A stretch of DNA of 64,000 bases from the human T2T-CHM13v2.0 reference genome, Homo sapiens: the NCBI RefSeq assembly GCF_009914755.1, contig NC_060941.1. One strand, given 5' to 3'. Every line of letters begins with the position of its first letter. Positions within the stretch are counted from its first letter, which is position 1. A program made the position numbers and the translations under genes. The notes under the pieces were generated by a model that was not told the origin of the DNA, made no database searches, and saw nothing but the letters and a program-made list of their open reading frames with translations. This document shows positions 25,736-44,025 of this stretch, piece by piece.

Positions 25736-25873
25736 GTTTGGAGACTTGAAGGAGGACAAAGTGACGCGTCATGATGGAGCCAGCTCAGACGGGCACCTGG
25801 CACACATCTTCAGACATGCGGCCAAGGAGCTGTTCAACGAGGATGTGGAGGAGGTCACTTACCGAGCCCTGAG
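25736..25873 (+). CDS. NARF: NARF constitutive exon 9 (FGDLKEDKVTRHDGASSDG...TYRALR)
   Basis: Rare GAG acceptor (ccttgtgag), donor AG|gtgtgg; 138 nt; boundaries fixed by frame continuity with both neighbours. Confidence 0.93.
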
Positions 25874-26156
25874 GTGTGGGGCAGTATCCACAGCCTGTCT
25901 GTGCCTGTGGTTAGCACGTGTGCATGGTGTGCCTGTATGGATCTGTGCATGTGGCGGTTCTATGGATGGAGTTTACACTAGTCAAAATCAAAAGGACTTT
26001 TTTGTGTTTATTCAGACCTTTTATTTTGCTGACATTCCAAACTTACATTAGAAAGTGTTCTTGGCCGGGTGCGGTGGCTCGTGCCTGTAATCCCAGCACT
26101 CTGGGAGGCCGAGGCGGGCGGATCATGAGGTCAGGAGATCGAGACCATCCTGGCTA

Positions 26157-26369
<213 letters not shown>

Positions 26370-26419
26370 TCACAGATAAAGGACTTGATGGATCAAAATT
26401 CTCTGTGTTCATTTTGTAG

Positions 26420-26577
26420 AAACAAAGACTTCCAAGAGGTCACCCTTGAGAAGAACGGAGAGGTGGTGTTACGCTTTGCTGCAGCCTATGGCTTTCGAAA
26501 CATCCAGAACATGATCCTGAAGCTTAAGAAGGGCAAGTTCCCATTCCACTTTGTGGAGGTCCTCGCCTGTGCTGGAG
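26420..26577 (+). CDS. NARF: NARF constitutive exon 10 ([10 protein letters not shown]...YGFRNIQN...FVEVLACAG)
   Basis: Acceptor attttgtag, donor G|gtgagg; 158 nt; start of the L3-like motif EVLACAGGC. Confidence 0.96.
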
Positions 26578-28087
26578 GTGAGGCGCCAAGAGCAGCACCT
26601 GGCTCTGTCTCCCACGGGTGCTCAGGCCACACTGGTCCTGCAGCTGCCAGAGAGATGGTGCTCTTGGCCACCCAGAGCCTCTCTCAGCCCTGAGAGCTTT
26701 GTAGGGTATGGATGCTCCCGTGGGGCTTGTGCTGGGACATTCTAGGCTCCATTGGTTTTGCTCTTTTCCTCACCCCATGTAGCATGTGGGCATTCTCTTG
26801 GGGACGTGCCCTCAGGAGGCCCAACATGGCACCAGGTGAGAGTCAGCCCGTGGCGGCTGGCTTAGAGAACAAATCACAAGAGTTGAGGCTGCCCTGCCTA
26901 GGAGAAACACCCCTGCCCCGTGCCAGGCACCAAGCATGAGCCTTCTCTGTCCTGAGTGATGGGAGAGAGCAGTGAGAGGTGGAAGCGGGAAGGGGTGTGA
27001 CCCAGCCTGGGCCTGAGGGGCTCCCTTGTTGCGTGGAGGGAGGGTGGGCCACTGTGGGCTGTGATCATCCAGGCAAGTGAGGAAGGATCCCCACCTGGGG
27101 CAGGGGGAGTGAGAGGATGAGAGGAGGCCAGGACACGGTGGGGGTCTCCGGGAAGGACTTGCTGAGGGTGTGTCAGGGAAGAAGGGGACCCTCTGCCCCT
27201 GACCCATGGTGGTCCATCTGCGCCCCTGGTGGGGAACTGAGGACCTTTGTGCCATTGTGAGTCGGGGGGGGCACCACGAGGGACTCGAGTGGAAATGCCG
27301 GGTGCAGGTCAGTTGGAGGAGCGGCTCCACTGATGTTAGACAAGTGGGACAAGGTGTGAAGCCACAGGATGGGAGGGGCCCTTGGGCAGGGCACAGACAA
27401 GGGTGTGTCCTTCAACACAAAGGATCTCGTAGAGGAGGGGAGGCCTCAGCCAGCACTGACAAGAGGAGGGTGAGGGCAGAGAGGGGAGCCTGTGGCCTTG
27501 GAGGCCTCACTGAGCATTCCAGGGGCACGGAAGGGTCAGTCCCACAGCTGGGCTGAGGAGCAGCCGGGAGGTGGGCCGTGAAGCAGGGCCTCTGGGAGGG
27601 CCTCTGTGTGCAAGCGGGTGGAGCTGGGGCCTGAGGAAGGAGAAGGTGCAAGCCCAGCCCCCTGGGAAAGTGGAGGTTGGAGACCAGCTGGGGTGCCACC
27701 CTGGAACCCATGGGGAGTGAGGTTTAACCAGGGAAATTTGCTCCAGATTGTTTTAAATGAACTCTTACACTACTAAGAGTGACATCATCTAACACGTTGG
27801 AGAGTAAGTAGCATTAATAGATAGGAGACACATTTTTACTCAGGCCAGTGTTGGGTGTGTGGGCTCATGGCTGGGCTCACAGCTTAGCTGCCTCTGGTGC
27901 AGCCTCCAGGCAGGGCCCAGCACACTAACACGTGTGGTGCAGGCAGGAGTGGTTTAACTGCTTGTTCACAATTCCTGTGCTATCCTGGTTTTGCCAAATT
28001 CCAAGAGAAGTTGGAAATCGGGATTTGCATATGAAGCCACCCAGTTCTAAAAGGTTGGCAACTTAGGTTTTAGGTAAAACCATTTTA

Positions 28088-28540
<453 letters not shown>

Positions 28541-28838
28541 TTATTCCTCTCCTGCTTCCAACTCTTCCCTGTGAGGCAAAACTTCCTTAAGACTATCCCG
28601 GCTGGGTGCGGTGGCTCACGCCAGTGGTCCCAGCTCGAAGTAGGATTGCCGCTTGAAGCCAGGAGTTCAAGACCAGCCTGAGCAACATAGCAACACCCGC
28701 CCCTCCCGCCCAATCTCTACAAAAAATTTAAAAATCAGCCGGGCAAGGTGGTGTGTGTCTGTAGTTCTAGCTGCTCAGGAAGCTAAGGCAGAAAGATCGC
28801 CTGAGCCCAGGATAAACTTACCTGTGTTTATCTTTCAG

Positions 28839-29461
<623 letters not shown>

Positions 29462-30042
29462 TAATTTTTGTATTTTTAGTAGAGATGGGGTTTCACTATG
29501 TTGGCCAGGCTGGTATTGAATTCCTGACCTCCTGATCCACCCGCCTTGGCCTCCCAAAGTGCCAGGACTGCAGGCATGAGCCACCGTGCCTGGCAGATTG
29601 GAACGTTTTAACATGAGAGGAGCACTTCCCCAATTTATCCCTTCATCCTAAGATTGTGAAAAAGTCCCAAAGAGTGGGAATGGAGACAGACTACTGTATT
29701 TTAGGTTTAAAAAGAAAAATCCAGAAAGTGTCCTGTGAAGAGCTAGGACCCCCAGAGGTTCTAATGCACATGACTTGAAGGTGATTTGATGTGGGAGTGA
29801 GGGCAGAGGGTGGGGTGGCTGTGCCTGTGGACTCCTGTGGCCCTGGGGTTGTTAGGGCAGGCAGTCCACAGTCCCAGATCCCTGCCCATTTTGGCTCTTT
29901 CTTTTACCCACTCATATTTTCCTTGAAAATGTTTTTGCCAGAACATTAATAACTGTCAGCCTTTTAGAATCAGGAGACTTACGTACAAATCTGGATTTTC
30001 AGCTTTTCTTAGAAAAACTGTAGTTTCTGACAACAGTAGGCC

Positions 30043-30255
30043 CCATTCCTCACAGCCAGTCACCACCCTCCTCCCATTCCTCACAGCCAGTCACCACCCT
30101 CCTGGACCATACTCGGCCCTGGGCCATTCCTCACAGCCAGTCACCACCCTCCTCCCATTCCTCACAGCCAGTCACCACCCTCCTGGACCACACTCGGCCC
30201 TGGGCCATTCCTCACAGCCAGTCACCACCCTCCTGGACCATACTCAGGGCCCTGG
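30043..30255. repeat. Composite minisatellite in the NARF long 3' UTR
   Basis: 30-nt core CCATTCCTCACAGCCAGTCACCACCCTCCT starts at 30043, 30074, 30124, 30155 and 30205 (periods 31/50/31/50). Confidence 0.95.
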
Positions 30256-30621
30256 AGGCCTGGCAACCCAGGCCCCAACTCAAACTTGTACATTCAGTCT
30301 TTCAGTCGGACTCGCACTGGGGCAAGGGTGACAGACACGAGAATGGAAAATTGAGAAGGCTGCCCGCACCAGCTGGGTGGGTGCAGGGGGCCCCAGCTCA
30401 TCATCAGCACTGTCGTGGGGTGGGAGTCGGGGGTAAAGGTTCCGTCTGACCCTGAGGGGTTGAGGATATTCAGGTGGTCCAGCCTCCCGCAGAAGACTTC
30501 CCTGTCACCCTTGGCAGACAGGTTTCTTCTCACACGGCCCTGGCCCATCCACTCGCCATGAAGCCCTCTGTGCTCAGGGTGATGGAGCCCCCTCCATTCT
30601 GGCACTGCACTGTGGGCATGA

Positions 30622-30930
<309 letters not shown>

Positions 30931-31441
30931 TGAGACGGGTTTCGCCATGTTGATCGGGCCGGTCAGGCTGGAATTTCTGACCTCAGGTGATCCAACCACC
31001 TCAGCCTCCCAAAATGCTGGGATTACAGGCGTGAGCCACTGCACCTGGCAAAAAATTTTTTTTTAAAAAGGAGAAAGCAGTTTAACCACAAACAGTGAAA
31101 CAGAGCTGGCAGACGCCTGAAACTCCATGGAACCATGCAGCTGTACCCTAGGGCTCCTCCCAGGAAAAGAGAGATGTCAACGTGGCCCAAGGTGTCCTGA
31201 AGCACTGGGATTGGATTAACTCGAGCGATGGCCTTCCCAGCCCTCCGTGCTGCAGAGCCTCTGCTCGCTAGGCTGCCTTCATCTCACTCTGTGTGCTGTG
31301 CCTGTGCACCTGTCTTGTCAATAACTGCATATATTGTGTTGCGTTGCCTGTCTTGCTGGATAACTGCATATATTGTGTTCAGTTGTGTATTTGTTTTGCT
31401 TTCAGTCTATATACAGTTGGGTTTCCAACCTCTGATTCTGG

Positions 31442-31447
31442 AATAAA
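31442..31447 (+). terminator. NARF: NARF distal poly(A) signal AATAAA
   Basis: Canonical hexamer with a U-rich and TGTA-containing upstream region and a GU-rich downstream region; defines a ~2.4 kb 3' UTR. Confidence 0.6.
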
Positions 31448-31944
31448 CAGTTGCAGCGTGTCTGAGTGAATGGTTGAGTGAGCCGAGCCACCTGCTGCCC
31501 CAGCAGGGCCACATCTTGTGGTGTGTTGCCGTCCTCACTGCGGCCACGCCAGGTGGCCTCGCCCTGTGCTTTCTGAGCCACCACCTGGTGTGGAGTCAGG
31601 AGAGTCCTCTGTCTCCCTCCAGGAAGCTGCTCACCAGGCCTAGAACACCAGAAGTCGGTAGAGGGCCACCCTTGTCCAGCTACAGTGAAGAGATCACCTC
31701 CTGCAGTAACCACTGCGCAGGGCACCACAGCTGGCCTGCCGTGAAGCCGCCCCTGCAGGTCGCGTGGGGAGGCCAGGCTGAGGCACTGGGCACCAACATG
31801 AGACACCAGAGGTCCCCCGTGCCTGCTGGTGGGTTATAGCCATGGGGACTGTGTGCATTTTCTTCTGCACAGGAGAAAAGTGGCGAGATTTCCTTCATTG
31901 TAACCGGAACGGTATTAGCCGTCAGGCCAAGGCGCCTAGATGTG

Positions 31945-32165
31945 GAGGCAGCACACTGGTCGGGAGGGATGGTGTGCCTGGCCCGTGCCTGCTGGTGAGC
32001 CAGGCTGGTCCTGGCATGAGGCAGCACGCTGGTTGGGGGGATGGTGTGCCCGGCCCGTGCCCGCTGGTGATCCAGGCTGACCTGGGGGGATGGTGTGCCC
32101 GGCCCATGCCCACTAGTGAGCCAGGCTGGTCCTGGTGTGAGGAGGAGGAGGAGGAGGAGGACGAG
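31945..32165. repeat. Three-copy degenerate tandem repeat ending in (GAG)7
   Basis: GGGATGGTGTGCCYGGCCCRTGCC...CCAGGCTG three times, then a gag run at 32139-32159. Confidence 0.8.
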
Positions 32166-32805
32166 ATGAGCCCTGGGTGGCATCCCGTGCTGGCACCACC
32201 ATGTAGGAACATGGCCATGTGTGCTCTGGTGCTGCCATGTACTGCAGGGGACCGGAACACGTCTGAGCTGATAAACGTGTTGCCATCCCAGTGAACAGAT
32301 CTGCTGTTCGGTGCCTGTGGTCTGATGGGCAGCGCCTAGGTTTCTCAATTCCATTTCCACCTGGCCTGAGAGCTTGTACTCGTCGCAGCCAGTGTAGACT
32401 GTCCGCACTGGTCCTTAGTGTTGCTGCAGTTGCAAATGGGCTCATCCACTGTGCCTGCCTGTTGGTTTGCCGCTTGCCTGGGATGTAGATCTAGGGTGAA
32501 CCCTTGGGTGTGTGCCGGCTTTGAGGGTGTCCCATGGCCTCATCTGCGGGCCCAGAGCTGAGCAACTGAGGCGTCTGGACACATGGCCTGCCACAGTCGT
32601 GTGACCTTCACGCCGAGTCTAGGCCAGAGATGTCAGAGGAGGGAATTGCGGCCCAGGCAGGGGCTGACTTGCCCAAGGCCACTTGGCCTCCAGATGGGGC
32701 CCGGTGTTTAAGTTTCCACTTCGAACAGAGCATCTGTCTAAAGCAGATCAACCCTCATCTCATGGTTAGGAGCCCTCAGTCCGCCGCTGCAGGGGGCGAG
32801 CTGTC

Positions 32806-32897
32806 GGTTTTGGGTAGAGGCCGGCTCTGCATTCTGAGGATGAGCCTTGTGGGTTTTGGATAGAGGCCGGCTCTGCGTTCTGAGGATGAGCCTTGTG
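32806..32897. repeat. 2 x 46-nt tandem duplication
   Basis: ggttttggRtagaggccggctctgcRttctgaggatgagccttgtg twice. Confidence 0.9.
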
Positions 32898-34980
32898 TTC
32901 TGAAATCAAGGAGAGCAGGTGCCAGGGCTGAACACTTCAAAGTTGTAATGCGAATTGTCCAATAGGCAAAGATTTTTATTAAGTATTCAGCTGAGTAAGA
33001 AGAGGGGGTGCTCACGACTGCTGGCTGGAGTGCAGTTTGGCAGTAACGCCCCAACTTGATGAAAGTCGTATAGTTTAGCTGTTAGGAACTTTCCCTGGAG
33101 CAGTCCACCTCACAGGTGCCCAGTGCGCAGGACCTGGAGAATATCTGTTCTATGTCTGCATTGGTGTAAACAAGCTACAACACCGAACTAAAAGCCCATC
33201 GGGGCAAGTGTCAGGACATCCTGGGGGTTCTAGGAGTGGTTAAAGTATAAAATAGATGTTTATGTCCTGACATGGACTTTTTTTTTTTTTTTTTTGAGAC
33301 AGGGTCTGGCCCTATCACCCAGGTTGGAGTACAATGGCACCATCATGGCTTACTGCAGACTCAACCTCTCAGACTCAATCAATCCTCCCACTTCAGCCTC
33401 CTGAATAGCTGGGACTGCAGGCATGCGCCACTACTCCCAGCTAATTTTTTGTACTTTCTGTGCAGACAGGGTTTTGCCATGTTGCCCAGGCTGGTCTCGA
33501 GCTCCTGGGCTCAAGTGATCCTCTCCCCTCAGCCTCCCAAAGTGCTGGGATTACAGGCGTGAGCCACCACACCAGCCTGATTTGAAATTTGGTTAGAATA
33601 AGAAAGAAAACCTGGCAAGCCAGAGTGACAGACATGGCATCTGCATGGTGAGTGTGGATGAGTGGCAGTGGATTTGGGAGGGGGGACTGGAGCGGGAGCA
33701 GTGGCTGCCAACCATGGGCCTGACCCGGCGAGCCCGTCACCAGATTCCAGATACTCTCACCCCGACTGCTTGGACGTATTGCAAATATAGTGACTCATAG
33801 GATTACTGTCCTTTGATTTATGTTAATCATAGCCTTGAACGCTTTCTTAAAGTGTAAAAGTTACAGTTAAAAAAACCTCCAACCTTACTTTTCATAACTC
33901 TGCCAGCTCTTTGTGGCGGGTTAGCCTTCTGCTCTGGGTGGCACAGTGGCGTCAGCGTCTGTTTTGCTAACTCTGGGCATCTCATCCTAACTGTGCCCAG
34001 CCACACGGAGGGCCTCAGAGAGGGGCAGAGAAGTGCATTTTGGGTGGCTGCATTTGCCATCCAATATCCTAGTTGGAATCGGGAGACCTTGCATCAAGCC
34101 AGGACACAGGACCGCTGTTGGATGCCATGGTCTGAGCAGCAATGTGGCCCTCATCTGAGGTGTGTGCTGGGTCTGCCTCTGCACCAGCTAGGTGTCCTGG
34201 TAAGTTAAGTAACACTTCGCCTGCTCTCTGTTGCCCCTAAGCCTTTGTCTCGCATCAATCTTGGCAGAATCCTCCTGTTCCTCTGTCTTCGGCTTTAGCC
34301 ACCATCAGGGCGTGTGTCCTGCTATTTCCCCACTCGTTTTTGCCCTGTAAAGGAAAGACCATGTAGCAGCTGGCACTCCTTCCCCACTCCAGGCCCGGTG
34401 TCCTGGGCTGTGGCACCTGAAGATTCTGTCCCTGAGCCAGTCTGGACACAGCCAGGCGGCAGCACTGGCATTTTGGGATGTCAGTGCATCATCATGGGCA
34501 CTGTGTGTCCACGTGGGATGCCAGGACCTGGTGCTGGGATGTACAGGGAGTGAGTACTGCGGCTGCATTTCTCTCCTGTTGGAGGGAGGTTCTCACCTCC
34601 AGCTTCTGATGATGTCAGTGGAGCGAGAATGCCAACCCAGAGGGCCGTGACACTCCAGCCCTTTTTTTTTTTTTTTTTTTTTTGAGACAGGTTCTCGTTC
34701 TGTCACCCAGGCTGGAGTGCAGTGGTGCAATCTCAGCTCACTGCAGCTTCGACCTACCAGGCCCAAGAGATCTCTCACACTCCGAGTAGCTGGGACTACA
34801 GGCGCCAGCCACCACACCCAGCTAATATTTTTGTATATTTTTGTAGAGACGGGGTTTCACCATGTTGCCCAGGCTGGTCTCCAACTCCCGACCTCAAGCG
34901 ATCCACCTGCCTCAGCCTCCCAAAGTGCTGGGGTTACAGGTGTGAGCCACTGCACCTGGCCTTGATCTTCTAGCGAAAAC

Positions 34981-34981
<1 letters not shown>

Positions 34982-35015
<34 letters not shown>
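34982..35015. repeat. (AG)17 microsatellite
   Basis: Directly visible. Confidence 0.92.
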
Positions 35016-35019
<4 letters not shown>

Positions 35020-35630
35020 GTTAAGAGGGAAAGAAAAGGCAGGAACCCCTAAGCCCACTCCCTCAGGAGAGGAAGGGAAGAGAGGATGGGGATCCAGCCA
35101 GACCCTTTTGTCAGGAAAACACTTGCTGGGTTCCTTACCTGGAGGGGTCTCTAGTGAGTCGGTTGATGGCAGGAGGCTCCCTGGCAGCCAGACAGGGAGA
35201 AGAATGCCAGCCTCTGCAGGCACCTTCGGCCACGTGGAGGAGCAGACCTAAGTGTGGCCAGGGAGGTTTCAAAGCCTCGAAAATGCTGCAGACAAAGGAT
35301 GCATGTCCTGTGCCAGACCCTGTTCTCTAAGCCAGGAGCAGGTACTGATGGGGGGTCCCGGGCCAGGTGGACACACAGAGAAGAGGACTGAGGAGTGCAA
35401 AACCCCTCCCTTGCTCCCAGGGAGGCATTTTGCCCAAGCCAGGGAATGCAGAGGGCAATGAGCCCACAACTGCCACAATTTCTGGGACAAAGCTATGAGG
35501 CAAGGTATGCTCACATCAAGATTTGAACTCAGATTGCTGCTGTTGCCTGTCCTCCGTGCCTTGACACAAACAGGGACGTTATTGGGGCCTGGAGAAGAAT
35601 TATGGGCCACAGGCTGCCCAGTCAGGAAAG

Positions 35631-35634
35631 AAAA
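35631..35634 (-). terminator. Pol III terminator (T4) of the tRNA-iMet gene
   Basis: Minus strand reads ...CTA TAGACTCCC TTTT CTTT; the T4 run starts 10 nt after the tRNA 3' end. Confidence 0.75.
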
Positions 35635-35643
35635 GGGAGTCTA

Positions 35644-35715
35644 TAGCAGAGGATGGTTTCGATCCATCGACCTCTGGGTTATGGGCCCAGCACGCTTCCG
35701 CTGCGCCACTCTGCT
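35644..35715 (-). tRNA. TRX-CAT1-8: Initiator methionine tRNA (tRNA-iMet-CAT)
   Basis: Reverse complement is AGCAGAGTGGCGCAGCGGAAGCGTGCTGGGCCCATAACCCAGAGGTCGATGGATCGAAACCATCCTCTGCTA, the 72-nt vertebrate tRNAiMet. It has A1:U72, three G:C pairs in the anticodon stem, anticodon CAT (+ strand atg at 35681-35683), and GATCG in the T-loop. Copy-number suffix of the symbol is from memory. Confidence 0.97.
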
Positions 35716-35845
35716 GGCTATAAGGGGGGAGCCTGAGTCAGATCATGACCACAGGAGTCATCTCCCTGCAGGCGGCGACCCCTACTGGCCAAGAGGGGCC
35801 AACAGAGGACTGGCTGGGCAAGGCACATGCTCAATTATAAGCCTA

Positions 35846-36578
<733 letters not shown>

Positions 36579-37879
36579 CTAGTCTAATGAACTGTCTGTG
36601 AGGAGCATCTCGACACAAGCCACGGTCAGCACCGAGGCCTGAGCCCTCAGGGCAGGGTGCATCCTTCCCAGGAGCCTGGACCCTGTGAGAGCTGGAGCTA
36701 ATGGGATGGGCCACCAAACAGGAGGCATGGCTCCCCTGAGAGGAGCCATCGACCCTAGGCCAGGCAGAGAAAGAGCTGGGGAATACCCAAGCCTCTCTCT
36801 CCTCCACCCTCCAATCTCCTTGCCCGTGCCTCCCATTGGCTGCAGCCGCTTAGCTGTCTTGCCCTCTGCCTTCCAGGCGGCCTCAGGTAAGAAAGGCGGA
36901 GGTGGGCCTAGAGGACACATCCCAAAGCACTACAGGAAGTAGGTGTGGCCCTACATGTATGGACACGTTGCCAAGAGCACGGGAGGGAGGGGAGGCTGAG
37001 GCAGAGCCTGCAGCCAGGGAGCTCCGTGATGTTGCTGGCACCTGGCAGGGCACAGGGTGCAGCCCTGGGCCCAGAACCTCCAGACTGGGGGCTGCCGATG
37101 GGGTGAGGCTCCCTGTGCTGCACCCACAGGCCTGTACTGCAAACCTTCACCTCCGCAGTCTAATGGGTGTTGTGTGAGTCTTACAGACCCAAGCACACAG
37201 GTACAGGCACAGAGGTGAAAAGGTGTCGACTGGGAGAAGACAGAGGGAACCTTCTGAGCAGCTCAGAACTGTCCCAGGGCTTGGCCAAGCTGCTAGGCTC
37301 AAAACCAGATTGGAGGGTTGGTGTCAAAGGCTTGCTGATGAGGTATGTGGATGGACTTCTTGCAACAGGCCCAGAAGTTGAGAAGAGATGGTCCCTACTC
37401 TTCTGGGTGTACGAAGCAATCTAAACATGACGGCCAGACTCTCCAGCCACCTTAGTGATGCTTGTTTTATGGCCTCGGACCAAAATGGTCATGAGAACAC
37501 GGAAGGAGGGCACGCCCAGGCTTCTTTCTTCGTCAAGCCTGCCCGGGCAAGGGCTCCTGCTAAAATATTTTAGCGACCAACCACACATCGCAATACTAGT
37601 GGGGTGGGGCAGCCCGCACCTGGTGACAGGTGGCCTCACTCATCCTTCTGTGGAAGGCGCAGGGGCCAGGCCGGAAAAGACCCTGAGGCTGGACCTGGTC
37701 GTATCTGCGTCCCTGCAGGAACCCACTGTCGCTGCCCCTGCACGACGCCCGCCAGCCCACGATGGCAGCAACAGGTGATGGGCCCGTGCAGGTGGGAAAC
37801 CGATTTTCCTCTCAGCCGCTCGCCCTCCGGAGGCAGCTGGCCCAAAAGAGGGGCATCGGGCGTCCTCCTCCACACAGCC

Positions 37880-38700
37880 TTAGAGGGGGAGGTCGGCACC
37901 AGCATCTTTCCCACGCTCCTGGCAGATGCGCCCACGGCTTCTACCCGGGATGCCCGAGCGTCAGTCGGGCCAGCGCCAGCCGCGCGCGCCGGAAGCGTTT
38001 GCTCGTGCAGATCCCCGGCGCGGAAGCCCGACTACGAAGCTGCGGCATCGCAGGCGCCGCCTCAGGTCCCCACCCGCTTCCCCCCGGGTTTGCGGACGGA
38101 GCTGGCGCCTCTGAAGGCGGAGGCGAGGGCCCCGCTCCTTGACCGTTCTTGCTCCTCCGCGGGAGCCGCCGGCCGTCACGTGGGAGGTCACGTGGGTGGT
38201 TTGTCAACTGCTCGCAGACGCCTTCGCGCGCAGCCCCGGCCCTCACGGGAGTGCGCAGTCCGAGCATGCGCAGCAGGAGGCGCGAGTTGTCCTCCACAGC
38301 GCGGCGGGGCGGGAGACCTCCCTCCCACCCAGACCCCGCCGGCCTCCCTCCCACTCAGACCCCGCCGGCCTCCCTCCCACCCCCGCCGACCTCCCTCCCA
38401 CCCAGACCCCGCCGGCCTCCCTCCCACCCACCCAGACCCCGCCGCCCTCCCTCGGCGCTCGGGACAGGCTCGGGACGCTGGGGCCGCGTCCGAGCACGTG
38501 AGGGCTGAGCAGCCCGCGCCTCTCCTTAGGAAACCCAGTGAGACGCTGGGTATTCGAATGTGGTCGCCGGGGAACGGGCGGCGCCCACACCCCCCGCGCT
38601 CGGAGAACTCCCCAGTCCCGCCTGAAACGAACGCGGTGCCCTAAAGTGCGGGCTGCAGGCTCTGCCGCTTGACGCGGCGATGATTGAAGGTGCTGCTTTT
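37880..38700. promoter_or_regulatory. Orphan intergenic CpG island / promoter-like element
   Basis: High GC and CpG content. GTCACGTG at 38175-38182 and 38187-38194; CACGTG at 38495-38500; ETS CCGGAAG at 37989; NRF1-like GCATGCGCA at 38264-38272; GC box GGGGCGGG at ~38306. Confidence 0.8.
38317..38452. repeat. GC-rich minisatellite, ~26-nt unit CCTCCCTCCCACCCAGACCCCGCCGG, ~5 copies
   Basis: Directly visible tandem copies with small indels. Confidence 0.9.
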
Positions 38701-38964
38701 AGGAGAGAATAGAAAGGGCCTTCTTTCCTTTCCCCCGGTGGATGTAAACGTGCTTGTTATTATGGGGCATTTAGAAAAGCTTCTGTCCACTGTGTATTCT
38801 CTTTGGCAACGCTCTAGACACTTTGAGGGTTGCTGTCAGATCTGGCCCAACCTCTCCTATGTGGCGGGAAGGATTTCAGGCATTTCAAGTGCCCCGCGCA
38901 GTGACTGGCCCGGAATTCCGCGCGTCTTCCCGGTAGCGTTTTTCCTTTGTCTTTGGTAGAGGAC

Positions 38965-44025
<5,061 letters not shown>

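Noticed and set aside
30043-30255. CRISPR-like repeat/spacer appearance
   Set aside because: Eukaryotic context, spacers near-identical or absent, no cas genes; an ordinary minisatellite.
31309-31385. Duplicated TGCATATA as Pumilio elements
   Set aside because: Mismatch in the obligatory TGTA core; only a 39-nt tandem duplication.
31680-32445. ORFs with poly-Leu, poly-Glu or poly-Ser runs
   Set aside because: The runs come from the (GAG)n microsatellite and tandem repeat; no splice or homology support.
35644-35665. tRNA match as a retroviral primer-binding site
   Set aside because: It is a full 72-nt gene without encoded CCA and with its own terminator, not an 18-nt PBS next to an LTR.
37604-38644. 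346-aa ORF over the orphan CpG island
   Set aside because: Non-ATG start, Pro/Ala/Arg-rich, runs through the VNTR, no domain; expected from stop-codon depletion at high GC.
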